DNA of 64,000 nucleotides from Podospora anserina (Eukaryota), in the NCBI GenBank assembly GCA_017654855.1, contig CM030332.1:1488001-1552000 (forward strand), given 5' to 3'. This document shows positions 61,946 to 64,000 of this stretch, piece by piece. The notes under the pieces were generated by a model. The model was not told the origin of the DNA and made no database searches. It was given only the letters and a program-made list of their open reading frames with translations. How positions within the stretch are numbered: position 1 is the first letter of the stretch; each line of letters opens with the position of its first letter. The position numbers and the translations under genes are program-made.

Positions 61946-63245
61946 GGGTGAAAGGTTGTAAACACCGGTATGACTGGCATGTTTTGCAATATGAGGGAAA
62001 TTAATGAAGTGTTATATAGATGTTGATATCAGCAAGCCATTATATATAACTGTTATTAAGTACGATCTCCTGATGTGTTCTTTGTAAATGCTTGTTCTCC
62101 CAAGGCTTACCTAGCCATCAGTTGTGTCAATATTAGACCGCTACTCACATCTAAACCACCACCCCCTTGACTTAAGCACATATGGCTTAACAGAACCTAT
62201 CCCTCAAATCAACCACCCCAAACCCCAAACACGCCCACCGTGAACGTCACAAACCCCACCAGACCCTAAGCTTATTCAAAGACCACACCAGCACCAAGAA
62301 TAAGAAACCGCCCTCCCCTACTCTTCCTTTCCTCTTTTCTTCCCTCGCCCTCCGGGGCCCTTGGTTAGTTTGCAATCTTGCAAACATTTACAGAAAGGCC
62401 TGCACCTGCTCCAAGTTCCCAGTCCGAGGATGATGGATGGCACGCTACTCAGAGACACTGCTACAATTTTTGGTCACCTGATTTGCAATTGCAAATATTG
62501 CAGAGAAGAAAGATGGGCACGCACTCCAACCTGGGGATGGCATGCCACATACTCAAAGAGACTGCTACCATTCCCCGCTGTGATCATGGTTTTGCTGTGA
62601 CATGGAGGAGGAGAAACTCATCAGTATGGGACTTGACAGTGTCTTGAGCCAGGCCTCAGTCTATCAAGTGGTATAAAACCGTCACCAGTCGTCTACCTCC
62701 CAAGTTGAAATGCATCTATGAAAGCCAACACTGTGAACAATTGATGAGTGAGTATCGCCCAGGTAAACAACTGAGCAAACAAGCGACAACCACCAAAGCA
62801 CGAACCAGTAGAAACAACACAAATGACCGAACTAGCATCATATTCAACCGAATATACTAGATATACCTAAGCTAAACTATTTGAAAATCATCCTCCATTT
62901 CCCCCCTCTTCTCTTCTCTCGTTGCGCGCAGCAAATGGTATCCTACACTACTGCATTCCATAACAGTTGACATAATTACTCATTGCGCTCCTTCGCCCCA
63001 AACCATGAACCGCCCGCTTTGCATCAACAAAAGGAATAATCCTGGCTTATCGAAACTTTGCCAACCACCTGCCGCCATGAGTGCAAATGCTGAAAATGAG
63101 ATAATCAACACAAGCGGTGCCCCCCTAATCCTAATCCCCAACAGGGGCTTCCTTCTTCTTCTTGTCCACCTCAACCCCCCAATGACGGTTCCTTTTCTGA
63201 ATGACGTAAACAAAAAAACAAAACGGGTTGCGATAACACATCTCC

Positions 63246-63270
63246 CAACAACAACAACAACAACAACAAC
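63246..63270. repeat. (CAA)n microsatellite
   Basis: Directly visible in the probable RAD21 3' UTR. Confidence 0.9.
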
Positions 63271-63561
63271 TACATTTTTTTGCCCAGCCAGAACAATGGT
63301 ATCTTCCAGTTGTCTCCCTTTCCCCCGATACGCCAAAACGCCCACTCGGTTCGTATTTGACGACCGTGTGAAAACATTTGTTAACAAGAGAATATAAAAA
63401 AGAAAAGACAACAAAGGAAAATGAGATAGCCGTCCATGCGCCGCCGCCTTCCTAGATAATTCCGCCAAGAGGCAAATGATGTACAGTGAATAGCCGAGAC
63501 CAAAAGCAAACCCAAAACACCAGGTTGGATGCTGTTTATGCTGTCAATGCCGCGCTGGACT

Positions 63562-64000
63562 CTAAGCCGAAACAGACACGGCAGCAGTCGTAGCCACAGC
63601 ATGCCCGGGCTCGTTACCTTGATGTTGCTCACGAGCCATCTCACCACCTGCTTCCCTCTCGGCCCAGTCACCCCAGAGACCACGCTTGCCGCGCACCCGG
63701 ATTGGGCCGCCAAGGGATCCCTCGGGTTGCTCGACCTTGATGGCATCCTTGGTGGCAAGGACAAGGCACTCAAAGAACATCTTGGTGGCATCGGCCTTGC
63801 TTGTCCTTCCTTCTGGCAGGAGTTCCTGGAAGACAACGGCATTCTTCTTGCGGACTTCAGCATTGGTTTCGGCCTCAGCACCGAAGAGGTCGCGCAGGAT
63901 ATGGACAGCATGCTTGGTGCCAATCGATACGGGCCCGCTGTCAGCGGGGTGAACGATGGGAACGCTGGTCTCATCAAAGTTGGGCATCGGGCTAGAGGCC
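63562..64000 (-). CDS. RAD21: Cohesin kleisin Rad21/Scc1, C-terminal part (truncated by window end)
   Basis: Winged-helix end: GTKHAVHILR..VVFQELLPE..TSKADATKMFFECLVLATKDAIKVEQ..IRVRGKRGLWG. Confidence 0.9.
   Translation of the reverse strand, partial: ASSPMPNFDETSVPIVHPADSGPVSIGTKHAVHILRDLFGAEAETNAEVRKKNAVVFQELLPEGRTSKADATKMFFECLVLATKDAIKVEQPEGSLGGPIRVRGKRGLWGDWAEREAGGEMAREQHQGNEPGHAVATTAAVSVSA

Overview
Gene-dense, intron-containing genomic DNA from a filamentous ascomycete. Short GT..CTRAC..YAG introns and the gene content point to Sordariales, Podospora-like (inferred, not database-checked). About 24 protein-coding genes, mostly housekeeping: CAC2, an ABCC/MRP transporter, a SAM methyltransferase, TRR1, a zeta-crystallin-type reductase, YTH1, a DUF1776-like protein, RMD1, an NF-X1 zinc finger, bem46, LYAR, PEX10, ERD1, PCD1, CTR2, BNA1, FAHD1/FMP41, a PWI/SR protein, EAF6, DPP5 and the 3' end of RAD21. 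There is also one ~3.2 kb multiply disrupted pseudogene. No tRNA, rRNA, transposon or CRISPR feature could be supported. Best leads: (1) a CUG-initiated, mitochondrial-presequence-like extension on TRR1; (2) a signal-peptide-like segment with no adjacent AUG upstream of the DPP5 core; (3) hairpins, a masked 5' splice site, upstream ATGs and a copper-response-like motif between CTR2 and BNA1; (4) a YTH1 with only four CCCH fingers; (5) RIP-like stops in the pseudogene. All family assignments come from recalled motifs.
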